From Azolla caroliniana (taxonomy: Eukaryota > Plantae > Polypodiophyta): DNA of 64,000 nucleotides. Positions 26,307 to 39,700 of this stretch are shown in pieces. Every line of letters begins with the position of its first letter. Position 1 is the stretch's first letter. Made by a program: the position numbers and the translations under genes. Location of the stretch: contig JBHGNT010000013.1 of NCBI GenBank assembly GCA_043228905.1, positions 8,246,001-8,310,000 of the forward strand, in the 5' to 3' direction. The notes under the pieces were generated by a model. It saw nothing but the letters and a program-made list of their open reading frames with translations, was not told the DNA's origin and ran no database searches.

Positions 26307-26565
26307 AATCGAGGCATATACCTCTACGCACACGAGACATCCAAAAATAAGGGTTCACATAAATACGCAATTGAGGTATTGACCTCTTACGCATACGAGA
26401 TGAAACACATATCATTTACAACAAAATCGAGGTGTTGACCTCATACGCAAACGTAACATATGTTCGTGAACGTAATACGTAATTGAGGTATTAACCTCGT
26501 ACGCATATGACACTCATCACATATTATTTATATGTCAAATGAGGTATTGACCTCGTGCACATATG
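26307..26565. repeat. 56-bp-period degenerate array with conserved GAGGT-N4-ACCTC hairpins in the 5' leader of A
   Basis: Hairpins start at 26311, 26373, 26429, 26485 and 26541. Confidence 0.8.
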
Positions 26566-26798
26566 TAAGAGTTTTAGATAACCAATTAAATACCACTACA
26601 ACATCATTTAATTAATGAAAATAATCTACATATTAACCATACACATGATTAGATGGGAGAAGAAAAAATAGACAAAAAATAACAAGAAAGATTATCGAAG
26701 TTCCTTGTTGATCCTTGTCTGCATGAAGGCCAACCACACAATGATCGATCGCCATCCATCGAGAAGATAAGACCAACAAAAGAAACATTAGTACATAG

Positions 26799-26810
26799 GC
26801 TTGGATACCA
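26799..26810 (-). promoter_or_regulatory. A primer-binding site (tRNA-iMet type)
   Basis: Minus strand TGGTATCCAAGC, 2 nt from the LTR; resembles canonical TGGTATCAGAGC. Confidence 0.75.
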
Positions 26811-26812
26811 AA

Positions 26813-27267
26813 TATTAGAGACATGTACTAAAGTAAGCATTAGATAAGGATATATCTAGGTAGATAGAAAGAAAGGAGAGAGAGAAAGAAGGGTGCCGAT
26901 CCACCCGACCACCTCGAGCAAAGGGATCGAGACAGACTCGAGCCTCGATCGGCGTCCCATACCACCGCCGTGGTGTCGAGTCGTACCTGGTGCTGGAGCG
27001 CTCGCTACAAGAGTTGACCCACCACAAGACAGAGTCTCGACATAGTCAACAAGATGATCAAATGAGGGTAGTTAGGCCTCTTATTTATAGCGATACCCAA
27101 GGCCCCCAGCCAAGTTCACACTTGGCCTAATGGGTTGTCTCAATCCCGAGGATTAAAAGTAATCCTCCCCTTCTTTACACTCTCGTTTAACCCTCACACT
27201 TATCCACGTGTATAGAATACTACGGTAAATTCTCACCACGGGATATTATATGGTCATGCCCGTAACA
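26813..27267 (-). repeat. A 5' LTR
   Basis: Minus strand TGTTACGGGCATGACC...TAATA, followed by the PBS. Confidence 0.93.
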
Positions 27268-27272
27268 TCCAA

Positions 27273-30200
27273 CCTTTGTAGTAGTCATTGATGGTCGTCT
27301 CATTGCTTCCAGAAATATCATAGAAGAGTCAGAGCTCGTTAATATTGTCCTAGATAATCTAGCATGTGTAGTATCATTTAATATAATTAGCATCCCAGAA
27401 CACCCCATTGTTTTAGGATTACCATGGTTCGAATTACATAACCCAAACATAGATTGGAGAACAAGAGAAATCCGGTATCGAAAAGCCTGAGGGTCTACTC
27501 ATGAGATTGCAACCATTTCGCTACATTAGTTGCGGGAAGAAGGACGCAAGGAAGAAATATTTCGCTTCGCAATATCAGTAAAGCCCTCAGACACCATTAA
27601 AGAGGAGTCCACCATTCAACTTCCAAAGAAGTATCATCATTATGCCAATGTGTTCGATAAAGTACAAGCCAATACGCTTCCTCACCATTGACCGTATGAT
27701 TGCCCCATCAATTTACAACCGGGGAAAGAGCCACCATGGGGACCGATCTACAATTTGTCACCAACCGAGCTAAAAGTCCTGCGAGCCTCTATAGAGGAGA
27801 ATTTGGAAAATGGTTTCATTCGGCATTTGAAATCTCTAGCCAGCGCACCCATTTTCTTTCGTCAAGAAAAAGGATGGATCACTTCGTCTCGTTGTAGATT
27901 ACCGTGGCTTGAATAAGGTTACAATCAGAAATAGGTATGCAGTTCCCCTTATCTCAAGTCTTTTAGAACAAATCAATGGTGCCAGGTTCTTCACGAAGAT
28001 CGACTTACGAGGAGCCTATAATTTCGTACGGATCCGACCAAGAGATGAATGGAAGACCGCATTTCGCACCAGATATGGGCACTTCGAGTATATGGTCATG
28101 CTGTTCGGCCTCACTAATGAGCCAATAGTCTTTCAGCACATGACAAATGATATATTCCGAGATCTCTTGGATGTTTGTTTGATCATCTATTTGGATGATC
28201 TACTAGTTTATTCGAAGACCCAAGAAGAGCATATGATTCTCATGTACTGTTAGTACTAAAATGACTTCGAGAACATGGTCTTTATGCAAAGCTAGAAAAA
28301 TGTAGTTTTGGGTGCAACCAAGTGGAATTTCTAGGCTATGTTATTACCTCGGAAGGCATCTCCATGGACCCAGCTAAGGTCAAAATTGTGGTAGAGTGGC
28401 AGAATCCGCGTTCGGTGCGAGATGTGCAATGCTTTTTAGGCTTTGCCAAGTTCATACAGGATTACTCAAAGCACGTTCTGCCTCTCACACAGCTTACCAG
28501 TTAGGGGCAATCGTTCGTTTGGTCTAAAGAAGCGGACATGGCTTTCGAGAGTCTTAGAAAGGCATTTACATCAGCTCAAATTCTAGCTCATGTCAATCTG
28601 GAAAAACCATTCATTATCGAAGCAAATGCATCAGATTTCGCATTGGGGAGCATTCTGTTACAATGGGGTAATGATGAGAAGCTACATCCTGTGGCTTTTC
28701 ACTCACGCAAGTTTGATGCCGCCGAAATCAACTACGAAATTTATGATAAAGAGCTATTGGCAATAGTGGACTCTTTTACGCAATGGAGGCATTTTCTAGA
28801 GGGATCCTCTCATCAAGTCACCGTATTCAGTGACCACAAAAACCTTGCCTACTTTCAAGACACTCGTGTGTTAAATCGACGTCAAGATCGGTGGTCCATC
28901 TTCCTTGCGCGTTTCGACTTCAAAATTACATATCATCCGAGGAAGCACCAAGGGAAGGTAGATGCATTATCACGACGTTCGTACCTAGCACCGCGTCCCG
29001 GCAAGCTAGCTTTTGATAACCAAAAGCAAGTAATCTTGGGACCGACATGACTACAAGCAACAAAGGTCTTTGGCATGCCCATGGATTCCCACGTTATCGA
29101 TACTATATGTGAGGACTTGAAGACCGATGCTTTCGCCCAAGCCATTCTAGCACAAATTGATCCCTCTCAAGCATCTTGTTCACAGTCGCAACCACCAGGT
29201 ATGGACTATCGGCAATTCAAATACCATGATGGATTACTATTCGTTAATGAACTCTTGTATGTTTCTAATGGTTCTTGCTGCCTTCAAGTAGTCCAAAACT
29301 GTCATGACACATATACAGCTGGGCATTTTGGTAGTACTAAAACATTAGATTTAGTACAACGATCATTTTGGTGGCCCCGTATACGACAATTTATCGAAGA
29401 TTTTGTTCGGACGTGTGATACATGCTGCAGAGCGAAAATGCCAAGGCATCATCCATATGGTTTATTAGAACCATTACCAATTCCAAGCAAGCTGTGGCAA
29501 TCCATTGCTCTAGACTTCATCACAGATCTTCCAGTCTCTAAGGGGTTCAATGCGATTCTAACAGTCGTAAATCGATATACGAAGATGGCTCATTTCTTGC
29601 CATGTACTAAGGAAATCTCAAGTGAAGAAACCGCTGAAATTGTCATGCGTGAAGTATGTCGGCATCATGGCCTTCCCGATAGCATCATCAACGATCGTGG
29701 ACCCCAGTTCGTATCGAAATTCTGGAAGCACCTTTTTAAAATGCTCAAGGTCACTTGTAACCTCTCCTCCGGCTACCACCCACAAACCGATGGCCAAGCA
29801 AAACGAACAAATCAAACGCTGGAGCAGTATCTTCGGTGCTTTCTAAGCTATCATCAGGATGGGGCAAATATTCTCCACTTCGCCGAATTTGCCTATAATA
29901 ACTTTGTCCACGCATCGACTAAAGTTACGCCATTTTATGCTTATACGGGTTGTCACCCCCGGTGGTGTGTATTTGAAACCCTAGAGTTGTCAACAAATCC
30001 TTACGCAGAGGATCGTTTAGAGCGGTTACGCAAGATAGAAGCCAATTTATCTACTCATCTCCAAAAAGCTCAACAAACACACAAGGTTTACGCAGATCGT
30101 CATCGACTTCCATCCAATTTTAACATTGGAGATCGGGTATGGCTACTACAACGACACATCAAGACTACTCGCCCATGCGAGAAGTTGGATTATCGGTGAT

Positions 30201-30599
30201 TAAGTCCTTTCTGTATTATAGGAAAGATTAATGATGTCACTTTTCGTCTCAATCTACCTCCGCAACTTCGGATACATCCGGTGTTTCATAGTTCTCTCCG
30301 CAAATCCTATCAAGAGAGCACCATCCCAGGACGTATTACACAGCCTCCACCCCCGATTGAGCTTGAAGATGGACCTGAGTACGAGGTTGCCACCATCCTT
30401 GATTCCAAGATTGCTCGCAACAAGCTCTACTATCTAGTCGATTGGCTAGAATATAGTCCCAGCGAGCGTACTTGGAAACCGATAGAGAATGTGACCAATG
30501 CTCGTGCTCTTCTTGAAGACTTCCATCGTCAATATCCAAACAAACCGGGTCCTCAATCAAAAACGACTCGTGACACTCGTCGTTTTAAAGGGAGGATAG
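27273..30599 (+). pseudogene. H1 pol remainder (PR C-term, RT, RNase H, INT, chromodomain) with many stops and frameshifts
   Basis: ORFs 27909-28253 (RT), 28538-29050 (RH: EANASD, YDKELLAI), 29075-30199 (INT), 30281-30658 (chromodomain). Confidence 0.92.
30587..30596 (+). promoter_or_regulatory. H1 polypurine tract
   Basis: AAAGGGAGGA 3 nt before TGTCATC at 30600. Confidence 0.8.
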
Positions 30600-31029
30600 T
30601 GTCATCATATGGCAAGACTCGAACCCATGACCTTATGCTACACGGGTCGAGCTCTTGACCATTAGACCATACATTGTAATACATAGAATATTATTTTCAT
30701 TTATATTTTATTATAGAAAATTGATGTATATTCCAGATTTCTCTGGAACATTCTAGAAACTTCAGGAGTACTCCTGAGAACACTATAAAAGGAGGCACAA
30801 GGCATTATTTTGAACCAAATCGGTTTAGCGCTAGTCTTAAGCCTCTTAGCTACTATTGTATACTCTCTTCACATAATATATATCTTTTATCATCATTCTC
30901 TCACCCTTTCTCTCTCTCTATCTCTCTCTCGCTCACTCTTTCCTTCTCTCGAGAGTTCTACACCTCTCTTAGTACTAATCCTCATCTTTTAGTACTAATT
31001 CCTTCTCTGTCTTAGTACTGATCCTAACA
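30600..31029 (+). repeat. H1 3' LTR
   Basis: TG...TAACA after the PPT, with TATA-like CTATAAAAGG. Followed by GCACCGAATGTTGAG, which matches the C1 LTR at 47566. Confidence 0.8.
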
Positions 31030-31102
31030 GCACCGAATGTTGAGCTTGTCTCTCAACACTCCCCCTCAAGCTCAACTTGAGGTTCCACTTGCTCCGCCGG
31101 AT

Positions 31103-34100
31103 CTACGCTCCGGTTCCTTTTGGCTTCACGCCTCGCTCACGCTCCTCAACCCATTCGATTCCGCGCGTTTCGACCCTTTCGGTCGGCTTGTCTGCTCGTT
31201 TGCCCTTCGCAGCTCCCTTGTTGTCGCGGTGTCGGCGCGTCCTTCGTTGCCCTTTTCTCCGCATGGACTTCAGTTGATTCGGCGTATCCGAATCGAACAT
31301 ACCGATCGAATCGAACTCTTCCAATTCAATTTCACTCTCATCCGAGTTGGCTGTCTCCAATTCGTCCTCAATCTTCAGGCCTTTGACTACATGAGACCAA
31401 GTCTTGGTCTTGGGCTTTACGCCCTTCTTGGCTGTATCTCCCCCTGATTTGGCTGTCGTCGGCTCTTCCCTATAATTGTTGCCCTTTCTTTCTTCTTCGG
31501 CTTCTTCAGCTGGTCCGAAATCGAATTCTTCATTCGATTCCTCATCACGGTCACTGCCGCCGTGATGAACACCTCTACTCCTTTCCCGCTTTTGTTCTTG
31601 TTCGTCTTCCTTTCTCCCCCTCATGTTTGGCATGTCGAGGTGACACAACCCTACCTCACCCGAGAAATGTCGTAACTTGTCGAGACCAAGGGGCATGGTG
31701 ATGATGTTGGCAACCTGCTAATTAGTTGGAACATGCACCAGTCCGACTTCACTTGAAAGGACCCGCTCGCGGAAAAAATGGTAATGCACCTCAATGTGCT
31801 TGGTCCGGGTGTGGAAAATGAGGTTCTTCGCAAGGTGGATATTGCTGAGGTTGTCACAAAAGATCGTCGTCGGATCAGACACCTCTACCTGCAGATCCCG
31901 TAATAGCCGTTTCAGCCAAATGACTTTGCACGTAGCGACAATCGCCCCTTGATATTCGGCCTCCATGCTCGACAGTGCCACTGTCGGCTGCTTTTTGCTG
32001 CTCCACGCGATCGCCGCACTTCCTAATGAGAAGGCGTGTCCGGATGTGGATCGACGATCACTGGCGTTTCCGGCCCAATCGGGATCCGTGTAACCGACTA
32101 ACTGTTTGGCTACGCCTGCTTGATATAGCAATGCCATGTCTTTCATGCCGCTGATATATCGCAATATCCGTTGCGCGCATTGAAAGTGTTCTGTTGTAGG
32201 CTGCAACATGAATTGACTAATTAAGCCGACCGAGTAGCTAAGATCCGACCGAGTAATCGTTAAATAGATAAGGCTCTCGACAATCTGTCGGAACCGTGTT
32301 GGGTCGCACGCCCTGCCCGAATCTGGACGAAGCTTCATGTTTCTATCCAGAGGGGTCGAGATGGGCTTAAAGTTTGCCATCCCGAACTTGAAGAGCATAT
32401 GCAGCGCGTAATGACGTTGGTTGATCAATATTCCTTCGGGGGTATGGATCACTTCGATCTCGAGGAAATAATGAAGGTCTCCGAGATCCTTCATTTCAAA
32501 TGATGCCGCAAACTGAGACTTCACGCGACAAATTTTGTCCAGGTCGGCACCAACAATGACTAAATCATCAACATATAATAGGAGACTAACTGGTCCGTGT
32601 TGACCTTGCCGAACAAATAGCGAAGAGTCTGATTTCGACGTTGTAAAGCCCATCCAACGCAACTATTGCGTAATCTTCACGTTCCAAGCTCGCAGGGCTT
32701 GCTTAAGTCTGTACAATGACTTCTTCAGTTGGCAAACCGCTGAGGTGTTTCGTTCGGATAGAAATCCGGTGGGTTGTATCATGTACACATGTTCCTCAAG
32801 ATCACCTTGTAGGAACGCATTCTTTACATCCATTTGATGTAAGTGCCCTGCCTTTGCCGCAACTACGGCTAGCAAAACATGGATGGTGGTCATCTTCGCA
32901 ACAGGCGCAAAGGTCTCATCGTAATCGATGCCGTGTTGCTGTGCGTAGCCTTTCGCTACTAATCAGGCCTTGTATCGATTGACGAAGCCGTCGGTATTGT
33001 ATTTCACTTTATACACCCACCGACATCCAATCGGCTTCACACCCTTCGGTGCGTCAACCAGGTCCCATGTCTCGTTCTACATTAAGGCGCGCATCTCTTC
33101 CTCCATCGCGGCACGCCACTTTGCGTCTCTCGCCGCTTCTGCGTAGCTCTTTGGCTCACGCACTTCTTGCCATTCGCGTCATATACACATAATGGTGTGC
33201 CATGTATTCATTATACTCGTATCTCTTTACGGGGTTCTTGAGGCGGGTAGATCGGCGTAATTCGTGATTACCTGATTTCACGACCTTCTCGGCTACTGTC
33301 GAACTCTTCCGTGGAGGTTCTTTTTCAGTTTGCCCGTAGTCAAACTCACTCCGATCTGACTCAGCACTGCCGAAGTCGTATTCCAACATTTTCTTCTTGC
33401 CTTTTTCCTAGCACATAAGCCGTCTCCTCGGCTTCCTGCGCGGGGAATGCACGGACGAGTCTCCACTACTCACCATCTCATCATTTGGTTGGCCATCTCG
33501 GCCCAACCCCTCATTCAGCCCGCTTAGATGAAATGAGATCAGACTCTCTCTCAGAGCTTCGACGTCCTCATCATGCGGAGGCATTTCAGCCTCGCTGATT
33601 TCTTCTTCAAAAATCGGAATGGAGTCATGAGGTTCTGGAGGAGAAGGCAAGTACCATGAAGCGGACTCGTCAAATACGACATCGCGGCTTACGCGTACTT
33701 CCTTTGTTTGGGGGTTATAACACTTATGCCCCTTTTCCTCATTTGAATAGCCGACCAAGATACATTTCTCGGCCTTGGCATCTAGCTTCCTCCTCTTCTC
33801 CTTCGGCACGTGCGCATACATGATGCTGCCGAAAATCCTCAAGTGTGCCAAATTTGGTTTCTTTCCGAAATACATCTCATGTGGTGACACTCCTGCATTA
33901 GTAGAAGTCTGATTCTGTAGGTAGACAACCGTCTTCATAGCTTTGACCCAATAGAATTTCAGCATATGCTTCTCTTCAAGCATTGCCCTGGCCGCTTCTT
34001 CAATCGTCTGATTCTTCCACTCGGCTATGCCGTTCTGCTCCAGCGTATATCTACACGAGAATTCGTGTCGAATTCCCTCCTTCTGTAGATAACTTGTGAA

Positions 34101-36722
34101 TTGGTTGGAGAAGTACGCCTTCCCGCCATCGGACCATAGGCATTTGATGTTACACTCTGTTTCCCTTTCCGCAAGGCTCTCAATCTTCAGGAAACATGCG
34201 AAGACTTCGCTCTTCTTCGCGATCGTGCATACCCACGTGTGCCGAGTGAAGTTGTCGATGAAGGTTACAAAGTAACGGTTTCCACCGAGACTCACGTTCT
34301 GTGCCGGACCCCACACATCCGAATGGATCAAATCCAATGGACTTCGACTACGATTACGTGTTGGGAGACAAGTCCCTACGAATGGGAAGGGAGAAGAACA
34401 ATGCTGATGAGCAAACTCGGCTGAGGCCGAAACCGGATGATGAGTACCCGATTACGGAGAGCCGGATGGTGCAGACCCGGTGAGAACCGGATGAGGAGAA
34501 CCCGGCTACGGAGAGCCGGATGGTGTAGACCCGGTGAGAACCGGATGAGGAGAACCCGGCTACGGAGAGCCGGATGGTGCAGACCTAGTGAGAACCGGAT
34601 GAGGAGTACCCGGAAACGGAAGACCCGGTGAGAACCGGATGGCAAGTACCCGGCAAGCGCCGGATGATGCAGGCCCGGTGAGGAGTGCTCACCGGATGAA
34701 GAGACATATTCGTAAATATGTTTCTGAGAGTCCATCGAGGTTGTATTTGTAAATAACCGAAAAGTCATATTAGTATAAATATGACTTAGGGCAAACTTAT
34801 TGGTGGAGTTGTTGTCATTCTTGTTGGTGCAAGAAGAGAGAGCGCGTAACAGTGTACAGAGTGAGAGAGAGAGAGAAAGAGATGAAGGTTTCGTATCTCT
34901 GTTGTAACCGCCGACTGTGGCGAAGATAGCAAGCTCGAGGTCGTTGCCTCGGTGCTCCACCATTGTACATTCTTATATACTGATAGTTTGGAGTCTGTGG
35001 ACTCTCGTGGTTTTTCCCTCTCAGGGTTTTCCACGTTAAACATCCTGTGTACTCTTCTCGCCTTTGAGTCGTGTGTTTCATTTCCCGTTTTTTGTGTATG
35101 ATTCTAAGCTCGGTTGTGGCCGAGCGTTGCGCATAGGGAGTGTGCAGTTCCTGTCATTACGCTCATTGGGGAATGGAAGTCGGTGTTGTTTTCCCATCTG
35201 AGAGGCTTCGTAGACTTGGCCACTCCGGCCACGAAATTTTGGCAACCCGAAAACAATGTTGTTCGTGTGCATTTCACGAAGCCATGGGAAATTTATGTGT
35301 ACAAACTGCTTGTGCCATAGGTCGATATCCAATTCGACCTTTTGTCCTTTCACATACAACATGGTTCTGCTTGATTAGTGTCGAGGATAAACATCCTCCC
35401 TTCACGGCGCCCTTGCACGATTACTTTGCCTTCCTCTTCTATGAAGCAGTTGAGATGCGTGAATCGAACCTGCATTCCCTGGTCGACGATCTGACCGATC
35501 GACACTAGGTTCTTCGTTATTGTCAGGACGTGCAACACGTTCATGAGTTTCCCTTTCTGCCCGACGTGGCTGAGAGGAACTTCACTGACATGTTCAATGG
35601 TATGTGGAGTGTCGTCTCCCCTTTCGACGACTCCTTGTGATTCCGGTTTCTCTAGGTACAAGAACCATTCCTCATGACTCGTCATATGATTTGATGCTCC
35701 GGAATCAACATACCGCACCTCGCTTGATTTTGAGGTGTTCACGGCCATAGAATTGGCCTTATGCTTCATTACAAACCCTGCCCCGATTTGTTTCCGGGTG
35801 GTTCAGAGCCTTCTGCGTAGTGCGATCTCTGACGCCTCTCTACGTCTCTTCAGCTCGATCCGGCTTTGTCTGAATCGGCTCGCTTTTTCTAGCACTCACT
35901 CTCCTTGTGGCCTTTCTTGTCATAGTACCAACAATCCGGCACGGTCTTCTCTTGCCGTCTTCCGGCGCCGCCATGACTCCCCCTGCTTGCAGAGGGTTCA
36001 GAATTGCTTCCGGCATCTCTATTATGCTATACATTTTGCTCTTTTTGGCCGCCTCCATTGCACGCGGATCCGCCTCGTCCACCACGACCACGGGGCCTAT
36101 CATCCTCTGTGTAAAGCATCTTGTCATCGGCGTGTGCACTCGTCAACGCACCCGCATGGTTTTCTTCTATGAGCAACATTGACTGAAGCTCGAAAAACGA
36201 AGGTGTAATCTCCCTCGTGTAGATTGCCGTTCGGAAAGGTCCGAACTTTGACGCCAAGCCACCAAGACAAACCTGCACCATTTCATCTTCCTCGATGTTC
36301 ACGTTGACGGAGGCAAGAGAGTCGCATATTTCTTTGATCTTGGTGGTGTAATCAGCCACAGACATATCTCTTTGTCGTACATTGCTGAGCTCCTATCTGA
36401 GTTGCAGCTTTCTGGCCGTTGTGCTGGCGGTGAAAATCCTTTTGAGATTCGCCCACACGTCCTTCGGCGTCTTGGCATCCCGAATATAGCTCAAAAGCTG
36501 ATCGCTCACACAGGACGCGAGGCAGTACAACACTCTGCTTGCCGCTTGTTCCCAAGTCGGATAGTCCCTATGTGTCGAGTCGGGTGCCACATCGTTTGCT
36601 CCTTCGACATAACTTCAGTAGCCATGGCCGAGCAGGTACTGGTGCATCTTGTAAGACCAAGATGCGTAGTTGCTTTTGTCAAGCTTTCAGTCGGAAGTGA
36701 GCTTCCCATTCCTCTGTCCATC
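31103..36722 (-). pseudogene. C1 gag-pol ([39 protein letters not shown]) with a charged C-terminal extension
   Basis: ORFs 36027-36365, 35350-35769, 33408-34337, 32663-32893, 31718-32662, 31103-31696. Confidence 0.92.
34359..35156 (+). repeat. Solo LTR G inserted in the C1 integrase, with a 54-bp tandem array at 34431-34700
   Basis: TGTTGGG...TGTCA; perfect TSD TTACG (34354-34358 / 35157-35161). Removal restores FPNERNRSRSPLDLIHSD. Confidence 0.9.
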
Positions 36723-39700
36723 GTACTGTCTTTTTCTTCTCTGAAAGCAAACAACTTCAACTCTATTTTGTCACAAACTTTTCTTGTCGGCTTAGAGGAC
36801 TTCAACCCTCGTGCTCCGGTACCATGTAAAGGAATACGTTGTGTGGAAGTGTGTGCAGTAAAACACAGAGTACACATTTCGGAGGAAAAAGACAATTCGG
36901 TAAAACACATAAACGCAGAGATGGAGAGTTAGAGAGAGAGAGCAGACAACAAAAGACTAGATTCAAATTAATGATTCTCTGTTCTATACATACTTCGTGT
37001 TGAAGACAAGGCCGTCAATGCGGAAGATCAAGTAGCATTCGATTGGGGTTGAGTACCTGCGTATGACAGTTTCCAAGATCGTGCACAGAGATAGAGAGAG
37101 AGAGAGAGAGAGAGAGGAGGCACAAAAGACTCTTTCTATTCAATAGAAACAAATAATACAACCAACCTTACAAAAAGGTTACTAGGTCACTTTATATAGT
37201 GACAAACTTAGGGCAACTACCATTTATGCTAATTACACAAATGGCCCAAACTTGAGCTATACAAAGGGATAGTGTGAATACGTCCATTATACACTTGTAT
37301 TCGACACTCCCCCGTAATGGGCGTATACATGGGTTATCTAAGATTACAGGTATAAACCTAGGTTCTCGGACATATCAGTTTTGTTCGAGTCGGCAGGGTC
37401 CGAAGGCAGAAGGCCGGACTGGTCGGGTCGGAAGAGTTAAAGCCGATCATTAAGGAACTGATGTCGGTTGTCTGAAACCATCCTGCGCTGTGTCTGGCTC
37501 TAACCGGACTGGTTTGTCGTTACGCCCATCTAATGCCGAAGGGACCGAAAGCGATCTGCCGAAAGACACTTGGTCATTCCATCTGCGACATTGTCGGTTG
37601 TGGATATTTTCTCTAGACCGATTTTCCCTGAAATGACGCAGTCCCGAACGAAGTGATATCGAACGTCGATATGTTTGGAGGCGTTGTGGTGAACCGGATT
37701 TTTCGACAAGGCAACAACACCTTGACTGTCGCTATAGACAACTGGGGCCGAGTCATGGTCGACTTGTCGAAACGTGTGCGCCAGCCGGCCGAGCCACAAA
37801 GCTTCTTTTGCAGCGTCGGACGCAGCTACATATTCTGCTTCGGTCGTTGAGGTCGCTGTGCACTCCTGAAGTTTCGACTTCCACGAAATTGCTCCATTGC
37901 CGAATTTGAAGCAGTATCCAGTTGTTGATTTCCGACTGTCTATACAGCCGGCGAAGTCCGAGTCGGTGTAACCGACTACGCCTGAGGTTGAGTTCGGACC
38001 GAAAAGAATGTCGTGGTCTTTTGTGCCAGCCAGATATTTGAACACATGCTTGACTGCGTTCCAATGCGATCGGCCAGGATTGTGCATAAATCTGCTAACG
38101 ACTCCTACGGCATGAGAAATATCAGGCCGTGTCGCGACCATCAGGTACATAAGGGAGCCGACTGCCGGTGCATACGGTACCGACTTCATATCTTCCCCCT
38201 CCGGACCGGATGTCGGGCAGTCTCACTGAGAGAGCCGAAGATTCATGGGGAGCGGGGTTGAAGCAGATTTGGCTGATTGCATGTTGAAGCGTTCCAAGAC
38301 ACGTCCGATATAGTCGGTCTGAGACAAAAAAAGATGTCGTTTATCGCGATGCCGACTAATCTTCATGCCAAGTATGTGTCGTGCCGGACCGAGGTCCTTC
38401 ATGGCAAACTTCAACCAAAATTGCCGAATGAGATCGGCAAGTTCGCCCGCGTGGCGTCCAGAAATTAGCATGTCGTCCACGTAAATGATGAGGAAGATGG
38501 GTGATCCATCTTGAGCTGTGTTGGTAAAAAGACAATGGTCCTCATCGCTTTTGGAGAAGCCGATCGATTGGATGAAGTCGTCGAACTTCTTGTACCATTG
38601 TCGCGGTGCCTGTTTGAGGCCGTATAGACTCTTCCTGAGTCGGCAGACTAGATGTTCTTGGCCAGTTGCCACGAAGCCTTTTGGCTGCTCCATATAAATT
38701 TCCTCTTCAAGATCACCATGGAGGAAGGCTGTTTTGACATCTAGCTGAATCAGTTCCAAGTTGTCGGCTGCCACTACGCCGAGTAGAAAACGAAGGGTTG
38801 TCATTTTCACCACTGGTGAAAAAATCTCGTCGAAGTCGACGCCATATTCTTGTCGGAAGCCCTTCGCAACTAATCTGGCCTTGTACTTTGGGGTGGTCGA
38901 ATCAGACGTCTCTTTTAGTCGATAAACCCACTTGCAAGGAAGAGCACGTCGATTCTTAGGTAATTCGACCAGATCCCAAGTCTTGTTTGCCCGAATGGAG
39001 TGCATTTCCGACTCCATCGCCAGATGCCAGGTGGCTGAATCGACAGATGTCGATGCTTCTTCGTAAGACGTCGGTTCACCGGCGTCGGTGAAGAAAATTC
39101 CAGGAGAATACCTCTCCGGAGGTTGCGACAGTCTCTCGAATCGTCGAGGTATGATTGGACTGGTCGTATCGGGTATCGAGGTCGGATAGTCTGAAAGCGA
39201 ATTATTCTGCTGTGCCGAGTCAGAGTTGTCCGAGTCGGTAGTGTAAGGTTCAGCTACCCGTGAAGTTGACCGTGTGTTAGGAGCGGGGCCTTCTTGAAGG
39301 GTCGGCACATCGGAAAATGTTACCCTTCGGACTTTGATCGGTGTTTCGACTGATGGATTCATAGTCGACTCGTTGAACACAACGTCCGAACTTCGAACGA
39401 TTTGTCTGCGTTCGGGGTCCCAGAGTCGGTATCCCATTTCGCCGTCTGATCCATATCCAAGGAAAATGCATTTCCTGGACCGAGGTGCAAGTTTTCGGCG
39501 ATCATCTTTCAGAATAAGGGCGTACGCCTCGCATCCGAAGATCCTCAGCTTGTCGTAATTCGGCTTACTGCCGATCCATAGTTCCTGAGGAATTTGAAGT
39601 CCTAGAGGTCTGCTTGGCGACATATTGATTATGTGTACTGCCGTGAGTAGAGCCTCTGCCCAGAAGCCATCCGACAGTCCGGAGTGTTGGAGCATGGAAA

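Larger units (their letters stand above)
210..27267 (-). mobile_element. A: Ty3/gypsy chromovirus (gag-PR-RT-RH-INT-chromodomain), two LTRs, Met-type PBS, carrying three nested insertions
   Basis: LTRs 210-654 and 26813-27267 are near-identical. TSD TCCAG (205-209) / TCCAA (27268-27272). PBS and PPT present. Pol domains rejoin across the insertions. Confidence 0.93.
1..31029 (+). mobile_element. H1: Ty3/gypsy chromovirus (Tcn1/Tf1-like), degenerate, 5' part outside the window; interrupted by element A at 210-27267
   Basis: Protease ALLDSGANSCFMD (115-156) resumes in frame after 27272 (RCP|TFVVVIDGRL...PIVLGLPWFELHNPNIDW). Then RT (YLDDLL), RNase H, INT (DFITDLP, PQTDGQ), chromodomain (YEVATILDS...YYLVDW...RTW), PPT and 3' LTR. 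Confidence 0.92.

Noticed and set aside
26307-26565. CRISPR array (palindromic repeats with ~30-bp spacers)
   Set aside because: The repeats are degenerate, alternate spacers are related to each other, there are no cas genes, and the array lies inside a plant retrotransposon leader.
26633-26824. Small hydrophobic membrane-protein ORF
   Set aside because: T-rich 5' leader next to the PBS of A, with a non-ATG start and no supporting evidence.
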